From: Cyanophora paradoxa CCMP329
Taxonomy: Eukaryota; Plantae; Glaucophyta
DNA length: 64,000 bases
Assembly (NCBI GenBank): GCA_004431415.1
Contig: QPMI01000470.1
Location: 248,001 to 312,000 of the forward strand
Direction of reading: 5' to 3'
In this document: piece by piece, positions 27,801 to 39,507 of the stretch
Numbering within the stretch: the first letter of the stretch is position 1
Layout of the letters: each line of letters opens with the position of its first letter
The notes under the pieces: generated by a model
Told to the model about the DNA's origin: nothing
Databases searched by the model: none
What the model saw: only the letters and a program-made list of their open reading frames with translations
Program-made: the position numbers and the translations under genes

Positions 27801-30257
27801 GACTACGATGAGCTCATCTTTCTAATCAACCACTACAACGCACACTGGACAACGGCCAACATCTGCCCGCGAGCAAGGCGCTTCGAGCACTACGACGGCA
27901 CCTCGTCAGATTTCCATCCGTATGTGCTGCGCGACCTGCGACGTTTCATGCGCGACCAGTGCAAGGCTCGAGGCCTGCAGGATCCCGACGTGGGCAAGTG
28001 GGCGGTGTGCCAGAATCCCCGCCCCATCCCTCACCAGGACGACGAGTGGAACTGCGGCGTCATCCTGTGCGCGATCTTGGAGCGCATCCTGCTCGGCGAG
28101 AAGATTCTGGATCACCCGACCCACCCGTTTACGGCCACGCAAGAAGAGTGCCTGTGGCTTCGGCGGCGAATCGCAGCGGCGATTCTCTCGAACCAGCCCC
28201 CCTCGTGGCCACCTGCAGACGCGCCCACGGGCGCGTTGATGCCGGCCGAGCCCGCCCCCGCGACACCCCCCTCCCACCCCTCCGAGGTGCGAGAGCGTCC
28301 GCGGGCCGTGGTCCGCGCCCCGCCGTCTGCGCCCGGCGCGCCGCGGCGGGCGGACGTCGCGGGCGTCCGTGGCGCCGGCCTGCTCAAGCGCATCCTTGAT
28401 CTCTCGCCTGACGTCCATTTCCCGCCCCCCACCTCGCTCCTCAGAGCTGCGAGGCGGGCGAGGAGGAGGAGGAGGACGACGACGACGACGGCGTGCCCGA
28501 CGAGGGGGCGCGGGGGCGCGGGGCCTCTGGGAGCGCCGCGGCCGGCACACACGGGGACGGCGTCCCCGCTGGCTCCGTCGAGATCGGCCCGGGGCCGGCG
28601 CTGCCGGCCGAGACGCACGCGCGCGCCAGCCCCTCGGGCCCGGTGCGCGCGCGGGGCAGGGCTTATGCTTGCCTCTGACCGCCTCCCATCTTGGCTTACG
28701 CCTTCTCAGCCCTCTTCCGAGGCTGCGCCTGTGGTTGGCGCTGGCAAGAGGCCGGAGCCGGTCTACGAAGGGGTGCGGATTGGCTCGCAGATCTCGGAGC
28801 TACTGAGCATCGAAGACTGCAACGACGACGGCGAGCCTCTGCCAGCATCCGCCGTTACCGCCTCCGCCCCCGCAACGCCCCCCTGTCATCCCTACAAGGT
28901 AAGAGACCCTTTGATCCGCGGGCCGCGCGCCGGCACCCCGCCGCCCGCGCCGGGGGCACCGTGGCGGGCGGGTGTGGCCGGACGTCCGCGCGCGGGCGCG
29001 CGGCCGGGCCAGCGCGGGCGCGCGGCCGGGCCAGCGCGGGCGCGCGCCCCGATCCCTCGCCTGACAACGGGGTCCTGCACCCCGCCCCCCTCAGAGCGGC
29101 GAGGCGAGCCACGGCAAAGGGGGAGCAGCTCCCGCTCAGCCCGATGCAGCGCCGGCCGTGCCGTACGCGTCGCCCTCGCGATCGGTCCCGACTGCCGCAG
29201 CCGCGGTGGCGGACGCGACGCCCGCCGATGAAGGCGGCGACGAGCGTCCCTCATCGAACCGGCCTCGCACCCGCCTCGTCCCTCCCACCCAGGTGCGAGC
29301 CGTCGCAGTTTCCAGCCCAAGTCAGGATCCCGCGCTGCCTATACTTGGCGCGACGACGCGTGTGCACTCACAGCCCCCTCGTCCAGTCTCACGAGCCCAC
29401 CCCTCAGAGCCGCGACGCGGACGCCGAACAGCTTCCTGCTTCCGAGGCGGACCAGGCGCCCGCTCTCGCGAGCGCTGACACGCCCGCGCCCACCGGCGGC
29501 ACGTCTGCGCCGGCCAGCGATCGCGATGCGTCCCGGGTAGGCCTGACCCAAACCCCTCCCTACGTCCCGCGATCACGCACGCTGACGCCGACAAAAAACG
29601 AAGGGGGATGCGGACGGCTGCGGAAATCACGCCGGCACCAGCAGCGCCGACGCTGCGGGCGTCGTGCAGGGGAGGACGGCGGGCGGCACGCCGGGCTGCG
29701 GTGGCGTACCAGGCGGCTCGGCAGAGTCCCCGCAACGTCCGGCGACAGCTGCTGGCCGTGGTCTGGATGACGGCAGTCCAGCTCCGATTCCGGCTCCGCT
29801 TGCGCCTCCTCTGCGCCCACCGGCTCCACCTCCCACTCAGCCATTGTCGATCGTCGACTACATACAGACGTTGGTAGATTATCTGGCTGGCGCGGCTGAG
29901 TGCCTCCGAAGCGAGGACGCTACGTATACTGCTCCGCCCGATCTTTGTTACTGGCCGTCGTCGCTCTTTCGCATCCGTGGTAGTCAGAGCCGTTCCATCG
30001 TGGGCCCCTGGATCCTCGTGGACTACGCCCGACTGCAGAAGCATGCAGGAGTCGGGTGCTTGCGCCTTTCGAGTCACAAAGTGCTCTCAACGCTGCGGTG
30101 CGTGCAGATCCAGAGCACCGAGGAGCTTCATTTTGTTGTAATCGACTTACTTTTGGTGCAGGGAATGGTACAGGAACCGGGCTGGATCGATAGATGTCTC
30201 ACATGCGGCCGAGGACTTGATCGTGCCGTGCATCGGCATGCGCACTCCTGGCGATGA
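9837..30257 (+). CDS. Very long intron-rich coding region: LRR - helical/coiled-coil - AAA+ ATPase - low complexity - OTU - OTU - Ulp1 (one giant gene or 2-3 tandem genes)
   Basis: A continuous succession of plus-strand exons with short GT-AG introns from ATG 9837 (TATATAAA at ~9682), with no obvious intergenic gap. Continuity across every junction was not verified. Confidence 0.5.
10730..13010 (+). CDS. Leucine-rich repeat region (roughly 15-20 LRRs of ~23 aa), multi-exon
   Basis: Repeated LxxLxLxxNxLxxLPxxIGxL consensus, e.g. VPPNIGNLGRLRRLNLSSNKI, LPSHIGQLKKLRRLFLQRNKL, LPPEIGRLVKLRILDLSSNRF. Confidence 0.92.
19381..20280 (+). CDS. AAA+ ATPase domain split by introns
   Basis: Spliced Walker A GFVFSGPG|GCGKTELA, Walker B-like GFILFE|EANGLF and sensor-1 LLIIMTTNYP in the expected order and spacing. 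Confidence 0.75.
21715..23063 (+). repeat. Internal ~200-bp coding duplication (21715-21918 / 22870-23063) in a Pro/Ala-rich linker
   Basis: GDDHGRVD...GPPAPSRPGGGP.ARSAGAG.QG.PPASSVRPGAGLVPAATPAAA occurs twice, nearly identical at DNA level. Confidence 0.85.
24576..25622 (+). CDS. OTU-family cysteine protease domain 1
   Basis: VRGDGICLFRA (catalytic Asp/Cys loop), YWG|GEPEMWAAADLYQVPIIVY and THYNLLVP (catalytic His). Confidence 0.88.
25752..26668 (+). CDS. OTU-family cysteine protease domain 2
   Basis: VIGDGRCLFRS, YWG|GEPELFIAADLFRVPIFVY and YNGSHYELLVP, with intron positions matching OTU 1. Confidence 0.88.
27512..28190 (+). CDS. Ulp1/SENP (peptidase C48) domain
   Basis: LNDAVIDYY, FGSQFYTKL, INHYNAHW (His), EHYDG (Asp) and PHQDDEWNCGV (oxyanion Gln plus Cys). 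Confidence 0.92.
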
Positions 30258-31013
30258 CGAGCCATACGCTCAGCAGTACAAGGAGTGCACACACGGGGTG
30301 CAAATGTTTGATGCCTTTTGGGTCCACGTACAAGCTGCAGAAGTGCTAGCTCAACCCCCCCGGGCCGCGAGATCTAGCAACTAGCTGGTCGACGTCGAAC
30401 ATGTAGTGACCTCTGTCACTCAGTCACAGTGAGTGTAGCGCTTCCTAACTTTGAAAAGCCTCTTTAGAGTTCAACGATTGTTGTATGTACCGCAATGTCG
30501 ACGCGTTCGTCTATAATTTGGAAATATCGACGATCATACTTGTTCATTGATATCGTATCGATTTACACGGTCTCTCGCCAGTCACTGAGTCTTTCCGAAG
30601 CTCCTGCAACCTGCAGCTTGCAATTGTTGCGCACTCAAGATTGCGCATGCCATATGCATGTGCACGAGTCTTTCGCTGCCATTGCATTTGCAATTGCTAG
30701 CTATATATAGCTCTATAGCTATATATAGGTCTCAGAGGAGAGAGATATATACATACATCATGGGCGCGTGCACAGGCAGAAAACTGACTCGGTGATTGCA
30801 GCAAGTCTCAGCTGCGCATGCAACGCGATCGAGATCCGAGACTATAGTATATTGAAAGAAGAAACAAAGATACAAATCAATTATTAGTATATAAGATATA
30901 TATCCTATAGAGAGACAAAGAAAGATATATATACGAGGAACTGACTCGGAAGAAAGATCACGAGCTGCCTCGAGCTCACTTGGCCGCGCAAAAGCCATGG
31001 ATCATGAGCTACC

Positions 31014-34000
31014 TCACTCGAAAGAAAGATTAGACCGCTGCTGCAGGTCTTTGAACTGCTTTTGATCGGCCCTGGCTACAACATCCAAAAAGAACAAGAG
31101 CTGCGAGGCGGAAAAGGTGCCCGTAGCGCGCAGAAAGGCGGGGTACTCGCGGACGAGATCCGCGATGCGGATGAGAGACCTGAAGGTCCGCTGGTCGATA
31201 CGGAAGTGGCCGCTCTGCAGAGTCTCCCCGAATTCTGACGTGAGCGCCTTCTCCACCTTCGGCCAGTGTGCCGTCCAGCTCCCCGAGCCGCGGAGGCCCT
31301 TGAGCCGGCTGAAGGTTCTCCCTCCCCGAGTGTTGATGAAGCGGTTGAACATGGCCGCAGCGAGGAGGAAGAGGTCGCGGGCGCGCGCGCCTTCGGCGCA
31401 AGCGAGGTGCTGGCGCACTTTCTTCAGGACCGCCCCATTGACATCCGCCCCGACGAGATCGACCTGCTCGCCGCCTTCTTGTAGCCGGTCCTCGAGCTGG
31501 TCGAGGATCTGTGCCACGGCTTCCGGGCAGCTCGACTTGATGCGCTCCGGACCCTCCGCCTGCTTCCCTTTGCACTTCTTGGAGCCCGTCTTGCTGATGA
31601 GGTTGGGGTACGCCTTTGTTAAGAAGCTCACGATCCGGTCGCCGGTCAGCTCCGCTGCCAGAGTCCGCGGCTTTCGTGCTTTGCGCGGCGCCGATTGCTG
31701 TGTGTGGCAAACAAAAGTTAGCACATGTACAGCGGAGAGTGTGGTGCCCACGATAACCCAAGAGTAGGCGCTTCTATGATTCTCATAAGGGTACGTATAT
31801 TCATTCTATGACTGGAGGAGAGTAAAAAAGTAGGAAAGGGAGATGGATTTCGAGATCTAGAAGTCATCTTGGCGAACTGGGGGTAGGGATGCACGCGGAT
31901 GGGGGGGGGGAGAAGGGGAGGGGGGGGGAGAAGCGAACGTAAGTACCTCGTCTTCGAAACCGATGGTTTGTGCGATCGCATCAACGCCATCATCCCCGTC
32001 GTCCTTGCCCTTCTCCTCCTCGTCCTCCTCGTCCTTGCCCTCCTCGTCTTCCCCCTCGCCCTCGCCCTCCTCCTCCTTCTCGCCCTCACCCTCGCCCTCA
32101 CCCTCGCCCTCGTCCCCCTCGCCCTCACCCTCTTCCTCATCTTCCTCCTCGTCCTCAGCCTTGCCAGTATCTGCATCGCGGGGGGGCGGGGGGGGTCAGG
32201 AGGGGCGGGGGGGGGAGTGGGGGCAGGGGGGCGGCAGGGGGGATGGGGATGGGGGCAGGAGGGGGGGGGGGGGGGGGGAGGGGGCAGGGGGAGGAGGAGG
32301 GGAGGAGGGGAGGAGGGGTGGAAGGGGATGGGGGAGGGGAGGATGGGGGGAGGGGCAAGGGAGGGGGGAGGGAAGGAGGGAGAAGAAAGGAAGGAGGGAG
32401 GGTGTTGGAAGGGGGCGGCAGGGGGGATGGGATGGGGGCAGGAGGGGGGGGGGGCAGGGGGGGGGAGGAGGAGGGAGGAGGGGAGGGGGTGGAAGGGATG
32501 GGGGAGGGGAGGATGGGGGGAGGGGCAAGGGAGGGGGAGGAAGGAGGGAGAAGAAAGGAAGGAGGGAGGGTGTTGGAAGGGGGGGGGGGGGGGGGGGGGG
32601 GCTGCACCGCCACTTTTCTTTGGGGTCTGCGCATTTGCATCCTTGCGCTTTCTTGACTTTGACCTGCGCTTCCTCTTTGCGCCGGCTGCTGCTGGGGTCG
32701 AATTCGATGGGGGCGGATTCCCCGGTGGGGCTGCGGGGCTAGCGCTGTCCTTCTTGCTTGAAGAACGTAGCTTGCGTTTGCCATCCTCCTGCGCGGCCGC
32801 GGCTCCTGCGCCCCCCGAATGCATCAGGGGTATGCCTTGCGGACTATAGGGTAATGCCATGCGGACTATAGGTAGGCAATTTTCCGAGCCTCAGGGCGCA
32901 CCGGGGGGGGATGATGTCGGATTCCCCGGTGGGGCTGCGGAGCTGTCCTTCTTGCTTGAAGAACGTAGCTTGCGTTTGTCATCCTCCTGCGCGGCCGCGG
33001 CTCCTGCGCCCCCCGAATGCATCAGAAGCGAGCAGGCGAGAAATTTATTTGCCAAGACGATCTCTAGATAAGAAATTAAAAACGTGGAGCGAAAACGCGG
33101 ACGGCCGGGTTTCATAAATAATCAATATATGAGGGGATACCATGTGGAACTGTGGGATGGGGGGTTGGGGGGGAAGAGGGGGGGGGGGGGGGGGGGGACT
33201 GGATGGGCGAGAGCGCACCTGGGAGGGGCTCAGCGGGCTTCTGCGGCGCGGGCTCGAGGTTTGGGTCCCGCTTGGGGCAGAACAGCTGCGAGATCCCCTC
33301 CTTGAGCTTCTCATCCGGCTTCATCGGATCCCACGAGTCCGGGCCCGGCGCCGGGTCGGGAGACAGCTTGATGAGGCGGGCCAGCCAGGTGCAGACGTCT
33401 AGAGTGCCGCAAAAGTTGTACTCGCGAACGTCGTGGCGCTGCTCGCATAGCTTGCACTCGAATGAGGCTGCGTCAAGGGTCATTGCCGGCGGATGCGATG
33501 AGCGGGGCTCTAGTCTAGAAGCAGCCGCTCTAGGGGGTGGCTCAGGGGATGCCTCCGAGGGACTGCACGGGGAGGCGGCGCGGGCGGGTGTCGTACCGGT
33601 TGGAGGGACGGGGCGTGCGGCGAACGCGGAGATCTCGTCGCCGCTGGCGCGCGCATCGCCAGTCTCGAGCCTCCGGCGCTTGTCGGACTTGCCTCCTGCA
33701 AGCGATATGGGTGCAAAAGTCAGACGGGCTTAACTGGAGTGAAGAAAGAAGCGGCTTTCGATGGGGCGGTGGGGGACCCTCGGCGCTAACGTTAAGGCTG
33801 CAGGGCGGCTTTGCAGATGTGTGCATGCTCCCGGCGAAGCGTGTGCCTAGGCCTCCGAGGCGCGCGAGCCCCAGCGGCGCTCGCACCTCGCGATAGTTCA
33901 GGCCTCGCGGGCGGGGCCGCGGCCGCGGCAGATCCCGCCTGTACCAGGGCCGCGAACACGCGGGCTCGGATGCAGCGCTCGCAGCGAAGCCCTGCGCCCT

Positions 34001-34490
34001 CGGCGAGTGCGTCGCGGAGAATCTCGATGAAGGCCCCGTCCTGCTCAAATTCCTCGGCGCTGCCGGCGCCGTCGTCCTCCAGCTTCTCGCCGGCGCCGGC
34101 CACGGCGCCGCCGGCCGCGGCGCCGGCGCCATCTTGGCTATTGCTGGAACCTGCAGCTGGCGCTGCAGCTCGTCGGCGTTTCGCGTATCTTTCGACGGCT
34201 GCTATCACCGATTCGTCCAGCAGAAAGCTGGAAAGGGTGTATGACTCGCGGTCGGGGAGCGCCTGGATTTTCGCCTCTACGCAGGGCGCTACAGCGAGGC
34301 TGCTGCAGAGAAGGAGGCCGCAATCTTCGGAGCAGCACACTGCGCGCCAGCCGAGAATGGAGAATGACGTGCCGAGCTCGAAGGCCTTCTTGCAGACATC
34401 GGTGGGGGCACAGTTCAAGCTTCCGCACAGCTGCTCGAAATGCGCATCCCGCTGCTCCTGTACTTCCGTCGTGGCCAGCCTGTTCCCCAT
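31014..34490 (-). CDS. Multi-exon orphan protein A: Cys-rich N-terminal modules, basic/acidic linker, C-terminal helical domain
   Basis: Exons within ORFs 33792-34610 (from MGNRLATT), 33112-33483, 32891-33115, 31718-32860 and 31014-31751. Homologous to 57135-59376 (see findings). Confidence 0.65.
32180..32601 (+). repeat. Polypurine G-rich low-complexity tract with an internal ~180-bp duplication (likely intronic)
   Basis: Almost purely G/A. The block GGGATGGGGGCAGGAGG...GGGTGTTGGAAGG occurs twice. Confidence 0.85.
32715..33026. repeat. Duplicated ~110-bp exon segment (32715-32826 / 32920-33026)
   Basis: Both encode LMHSGGAGAAAAQED.KRKLRSSSKKDS..APPGNP on the minus strand. Confidence 0.85.
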
Positions 34491-34543
34491 CGGCGTTTCC
34501 GCTCCTAGCTGGCCAAATCGTAGTTGGACGGGTACGACATGCG

Positions 34544-34571
34544 TCCAGTCGTTGGCATGCCAACGACTGGA
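34544..34571. other. Perfect 28-bp palindrome TCCAGTCGTTGGCA|TGCCAACGACTGGA; candidate recombination or resolution site (left)
   Basis: Perfect dyad with no spacer. 26 bp are identical at 60352-60377. The function is inferred. Confidence 0.8.
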
Positions 34572-35289
34572 ACTCGATCGCGGAGAGCGCGGGCTCGGCC
34601 CCCGTTGCACGGGAGAGCTTGTGTGCCTTCAAAAAGGATCTGGAGTCGTTCCTGGGGCGCCGGGGGAAGGCGCACGACCGTGGGCAGCGGACCCGGTGGC
34701 AATCCTGGGCTGAGATCGTGCGTCTCTGCGTTTTTTCGACCGCAGCTTTGACCGTAGCGTCATCGTTGCAGACTGGCTGTGCACATGGCGCGGCGCCGCG
34801 CGCAAGCCGGAGGCCCAGCTGCAGCTGCAGGGCCCTGATCGCGGCAAGCTTTGAGGGCTCTGCAGCTGCAGCGGGCGAACCACGGCATGCACGAAGCTGC
34901 GGCCTGAGCCTGCGGGAGAAGCGCGCTCGGCGCGCGTGCGGGGGCGAGCGCGCAGGACGCCCGCAGCTATCCCGACAGCGCGTGCCGCTGCCAGCTGCCG
35001 CTGCACGCTTTTTAGATCGCCCGGCGTGTGCGATTGCGGCGCTGCACCTGGGATCAGCCTCGCGGCCGACCGTGAGTGCTCCCAGCTTCAGCCTCGAACT
35101 CTGCAGCCGCCACGGTTTTGTCCGATTGCACGCCGCACGGAGATCGTGCCAACTTTGCCGCTGTGCGCGTCGGTCGCGCGCGGCACGTAGTGTGCGCCCC
35201 GCTTTCTGACCCTCGATTTCAGGTGCCTGCGCCCTCGTCCCTCGCTGCCGGGCTCTGCGTGACGGGCGGCGGATGCAGGCTCTGCGCGC

Positions 35290-38055
35290 GGTCCGTGCGC
35301 CTCGGCCCGCCGCCGCCGGGCCCCGCGTGACGGGTCGAGGCGCAGGGCTGGGGCGCGGGGCGGGGGCGGCGGCGGCACGGGGCGGCTTCGGTTCGGCGCC
35401 GTCCCGCTCCCTATTCTCCCACGGTCCGTGCGCCTCGGCCCGCCGCTGCCGGGCCCCGCGTGACGGGTCGAGGCGCAGGCTGGGGGCGCGGGCCGGGGCG
35501 GCGGCGGCACGGGGCGGCTTCGGTTCGGCGCCGTCCCGCTCCCTATTCTCCCACGGTCCGTGCGCCTCGGCCCGCCGCCGCCGGGCCCCGCGTGACGGGT
35601 CGAGGCGCAGGCTGGGGGCGCGGGCCGGGGCGGCGGCGGCAGGGGCGGCTTCGGTTCGGCGCCGTCCCGCTCCCTATTCTCCCACGGTCCGTGCGCCTCG
35701 GCCCGCCGCCGCCGGGCCCCGCGTGACGGGTCGAGGCGCAGGGCTGGGGTGCGGGCCGGGGCGGCGGCGGCACGGGAGCGGCTTTGGTTCGGCGGGCGCC
35801 GTCCCGCTCCCTATTCTCCCACGGTCCGTGCGCCTCGGCCCGCCGCCGCCGGGCCCGCGTGACGGGTCGAGGCGCAGGCTGGGGGGCGCGGGCCGGGCGC
35901 GGCGGCGGCACGGGGGCGGCTTCGGTTCGGCGCCGTCCCGCTCCCTATTCTCCCACGGTCCGTGCGCCTCGGCCCGCCGCCGCCGGGCCCCGCGTGACGG
36001 GTCGAGGCGCAGGGTTGGGGTGCGGGCCGGGCGGCGGCGGCACGGGGCGGGCTTCGGATCGGGGGCACCGTCCCGCTCCTATTCTCCCACGGTCCGTGCG
36101 CCTCGGCCCGCCGCCGCCGGGCCCCGCGTGACGGGTCGTGGCGCAGGGTTGGGCGCGGGCCGGGGCGGCGGCGGCACGGGGCGGCTTCGGTTCGGCGCCG
36201 TCCCGCTCCCTATTCTCCCACGGTCCGTGCGCCTCGGCCCGCCGCCGCCGGGCCCCGCGTGACGGGTCGAGGCGCAGGGCTGGGTGCGGGCCGGGCGGCG
36301 GCGGCACGGGAGCGGCTTTGGTTCGGCGGGCGCCGTCCCGCTCCCTATTCTCCCACGGTCCGTGCGCCTCGGCCCGCCGCCGCCGGGCCCCGCGTGACGG
36401 GTCGAGGCGCAGGCTGGGGGGCGCGGGCCGGGCGCGGCGGCGGCACGGGGGGCGGCTTCGGTTCGGCGCCGTCCCGCTCCCTATTCTCCCACGGTCCGTG
36501 CGCCTCGGCCCGCCGCCGCCGGGCCCCGCGTGACGGGTCGAGGCGCAGGGTTGGGGTGCGGGCCGGGGCGGCGGCGGCACGGGGGCGGGCTTCGGATCGG
36601 GGGGCACTGTCCCGCTCCTATTCTCCCACGGTCCGTGCGCCTCGGCCCGCCGCCGCCGGGCCCCGCGTGACGGGTCGTGGCGCAGGGTTGGGGCGCGGGC
36701 CGGGGGCGGTGGCGGCACGGGGGCGGCTTCGGTTCGGGGGGCGCCGTCCCGCTCCCTATTCTCCCACGGTCCGTGCGCCTCGGCCCGCCGCCGCCGGGCC
36801 CCGCGTGACGGGTCGAGGCGCAGGGCTGGGGCGCGGGCCGGGCGCGGCGGCGGCAGGGGGCGGGCTTCGGTTCGGGGGGCGCCGTCCCGCTCCTATTCTC
36901 CCACGGTCCGTGCACCTCGGCCCGCCGCCGCCGGGCCCCGCGTGACGGGTCGTGGCGCAGGGCTGGGGGCGCGGGCCGGGGCGGCGGCGGCACGGGGGCG
37001 GCTTCGGTTCGGCGCCGTCCCGCTCCCTATTCTCCCACGGTCCGTGCGCCTCGGCCCGCCGCCGCCGGGCCCGCGTGACGGGTCGAGGCGCAGGCTGGGG
37101 GCGCGGGCCGGGCGCGGCGGCGGCACGGGGGCGGCTTCGGTTCGGCGCCGTCCCGCTCCCTATTCTCCCACGGTCCGTGCGCCTCGGCCCGCCGCCGCCG
37201 GGCCCCGCGTGACGGGTCGAGGCGCAGGGCTGGGGTGCGGGCCGGGGCGGCGGCGGCACGGGAGCGGCTTTGGTTCGGCGGGCGCCGTCCCGCTCCCTAT
37301 TCTCCCACGGTCCGTGCGCCTCGGCCCGCCGCTGCCGGGCCCGCGTGACGGGTCGTGGCGCAGGGCTGGGGCGCGGGCCGGGGCGGCGGCGGCAGGGGCG
37401 GGCTTCGGTTCGGGGGGCGCCGTCCCGCTCCTATTCTCCCACGGTCCGTGCGCCTCGGCCCGCCGCCGCCGGGCCCCGCGTGACGGGTCGTGGCGCAGGG
37501 CTGGGGCGCGGGCCGGGGCGGCGGCGGCAGGGGGCGGGCTTCGGTTCGGGGGGCGCCGTCCCGCTCCCCATTCTCCCACGGTCCGTGCGCCTCGGCCCGC
37601 CGCCGCCGGGCCCGCGTGACGGGTCGAGGCGCAGGGCTGGGGCGCGGGTCGGGGCGGCGGCGGCACGGGGCGGCTTCGGTTCGGCGCCGTCCCGCTCCCT
37701 ATTCTCCCACGGTCCGTGCGCCTCGGCCCGCCGCCGCCGAGCCCCGCGTGACGGGTCGAGGCGCAGGGCTGGGGCGGGGGGCGGGGGCGGCGGCGGCACG
37801 GGGGCGGCTTCGGTTCGGCGCCGTCCCGCTCCCTATTCTCCCACGGTCCGTGCGCCTCGGCCCGCCGCCGCCGGGCCCCGCGTGACGGGTCGAGGCGCAG
37901 GCTGGGGGCACGGGGCGGGGGCGGCGGCGGCACGGGGGCGACTTTGGTTCGGGGCCCCAGAATCGGGGGGCGCCGTCCCGCTCCTATTCTCCCACGGTCC
38001 GTGCGCCTCGGCCCGCCGCCGCCGAGCCCCGCGTGACGGGTCGAGGCGCAGGCTG
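35290..38055. repeat. GC-rich tandem satellite, ~134-bp unit, ~21 copies
   Basis: The anchor (T/C)ATTCTCCCACGGTCCGTGC recurs 20 times between ~35412 and ~37985, plus a partial first unit. Each unit has a conserved core and a variable G-run segment. Confidence 0.97.
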
Positions 38056-38218
38056 GAGCGCGGGGGCGGGTGTGTCAGGTGGTTCAGAAGCGCCTTCTAC
38101 ATCCTTTCCCCTAGGATGTTTAGTGATACTTGTTTAGTGGTACTTTTGCAGTCTGCTTCCAGTATTGTACCATACACGTGCGCGCCGCTTAGTGGCTGAT
38201 ATCTCAGTTTTAATCCGC

Positions 38219-38457
38219 GTACCCGCCTTCCACGCCATCGCCTCTCATTCTCTTTCATTCCTTTCTTAATTCCAATTCTAAATGTATGAGAGAGTACGGA
38301 GCGTTCCGTGCGTTCCGGCGTTCCGGGCCCCTTACCCCCGGGCGGCCCGGCGAACGCACTCACGGGCGCCGGCGGCGTCGAGTGTGATGCGGTGGAGCAC
38401 GGCCGGGGGCGAGGGCAGGTCTGGAACTCTGGAATGCGGAACGCGGTTTTGGGGTAC
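38219..38457 (-). repeat. GGAAT-rich palindromic repeat, copy 3
   Basis: Reverse-complement match to 5644-5873, with GTAC at both ends. Confidence 0.82.
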
Positions 38458-38500
38458 AGCGCGAGGGTTGACCACGCGGCGCAGAGCTCGCACGGAATTT

Positions 38501-38606
38501 GCACGAATCCGACTGCGCCCGCTTGCAAACTGGCCTCTCCCGCCCCTATAAAGGCGGCCCCGCCGCGCCACACCTCATTCTTTGCCTCGCTTGCCTCGCT
38601 GAAATC
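38501..38606 (+). promoter_or_regulatory. Shared promoter cassette GCACGAATCC ... CCTATAAA ... CTCATTCTTTGC
   Basis: TATA at 38547 and Inr-like CTCATTC about 27 nt downstream. Closely related cassettes have TATA at 48671, 49855, 52221 and 54883. Confidence 0.75.
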
Positions 38607-38855
38607 ATGGAGCCGACCGCCGCCATAACCGCCGCCCCCGCCGCCCGCCCGGAGGCCCAGCCGGGCGCGACGGCCCCGGGGACGGCGTCGCGCCCCGCGG
38701 TCTGGACCGCCGAGCGCGTCGCGCTGCTCGTCGAGGCCGCCGGCCTCCCCGCCGAGCCCGAGCTCGACGCCCTCATCCTCGACGCGCTGGCGAGCTTCGA
38801 CTACGAGGCGGAGTGCGCGGGGGGCGGCCTCTCCCGGGAGTCCCGCTCCCTCTAG
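38607..38855 (+). CDS. Small orphan protein, MEPTAA family copy 1 (82 aa)
   Basis: Intronless ORF after TATA/Inr. Paralogs at 52274 and 54936 share VWTA.RVALLV..AGLPAEPELDALILDAL..FDYE.EC. Confidence 0.75.
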   Translation: MEPTAAITAAPAARPEAQPGATAPGTASRPAVWTAERVALLVEAAGLPAEPELDALILDALASFDYEAECAGGGLSRESRSL

Positions 38856-39418
38856 ATCTCCACGCCCAGCGTCTTCGACGGGCCGCCGGGCGCTAGTTCT
38901 GTTGGCTAAATTAATATTGCAAGCTTTTTGAAGTCCATCACGCGCTGCGCCCTTTTCTATATCGTGCGTCGTACACCTGTAGTCTCAGAGTCTATCATAG
39001 TATGCTTGTATGTGTATATGTGTATACGTAAGCTATATATACGTAAGCTGAACGCTAATCATATATAAATGGAATACTTGCACACATATGCATGCCGCAG
39101 CTGCAGTGCTCCACTCGAGTTCAGATTCTTAAATTTGCCACCGAGGTCCTTCTCGTGCGCGCTCCGATCCGCTGATCATCGGATATCGATATATGCATAT
39201 GTGTTCTCGCGTTATTCGCCGTCCGCGTCTCAGAGTCTCTGCTTCCAAAGTTCTCAGTCCGTGTCGCTCCGTCGACCGTCGGACGAGCTCTATAGCTAGA
39301 TCCGAGCGTGCAAGCGCCCGCAACGCGCTTGCCTCTCAGCGTCTGTTGACTGCGCGCATGTGCGCTTGCTTGGTTGTACCATCTTGCACCTCTTACGAGT
39401 AAAACCCGTGTTCGTTCT

Positions 39419-39421
<3 letters not shown>

Positions 39422-39489
<68 letters not shown>

Positions 39490-39507
39490 ATATATATATA
39501 TATATAT
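39422..39507. repeat. (TA)n microsatellite
   Basis: About 40 TA units with one CG interruption. Confidence 0.97.

Noticed and set aside
28760-28800. ELM2-like motif (VRIGSQ)
   Set aside because: Only a few residues match and the rest of the domain is absent.
31899-32849. Hydrophobic/Gly-rich plus-strand ORF resembling a membrane protein
   Set aside because: Antisense of an acidic (E/D/G) exon of gene A plus the G-rich intronic tract.
35290-38055. CRISPR-like array (constant plus variable segments)
   Set aside because: The variable parts are variants of one sequence rather than unique spacers, there are no cas genes, and the context is eukaryotic.
35273-38199. Many long ORFs across the satellite
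   Set aside because: They are stop-free only because the repeat is extremely GC-rich, and they translate to repetitive R/G/A/P in all frames.
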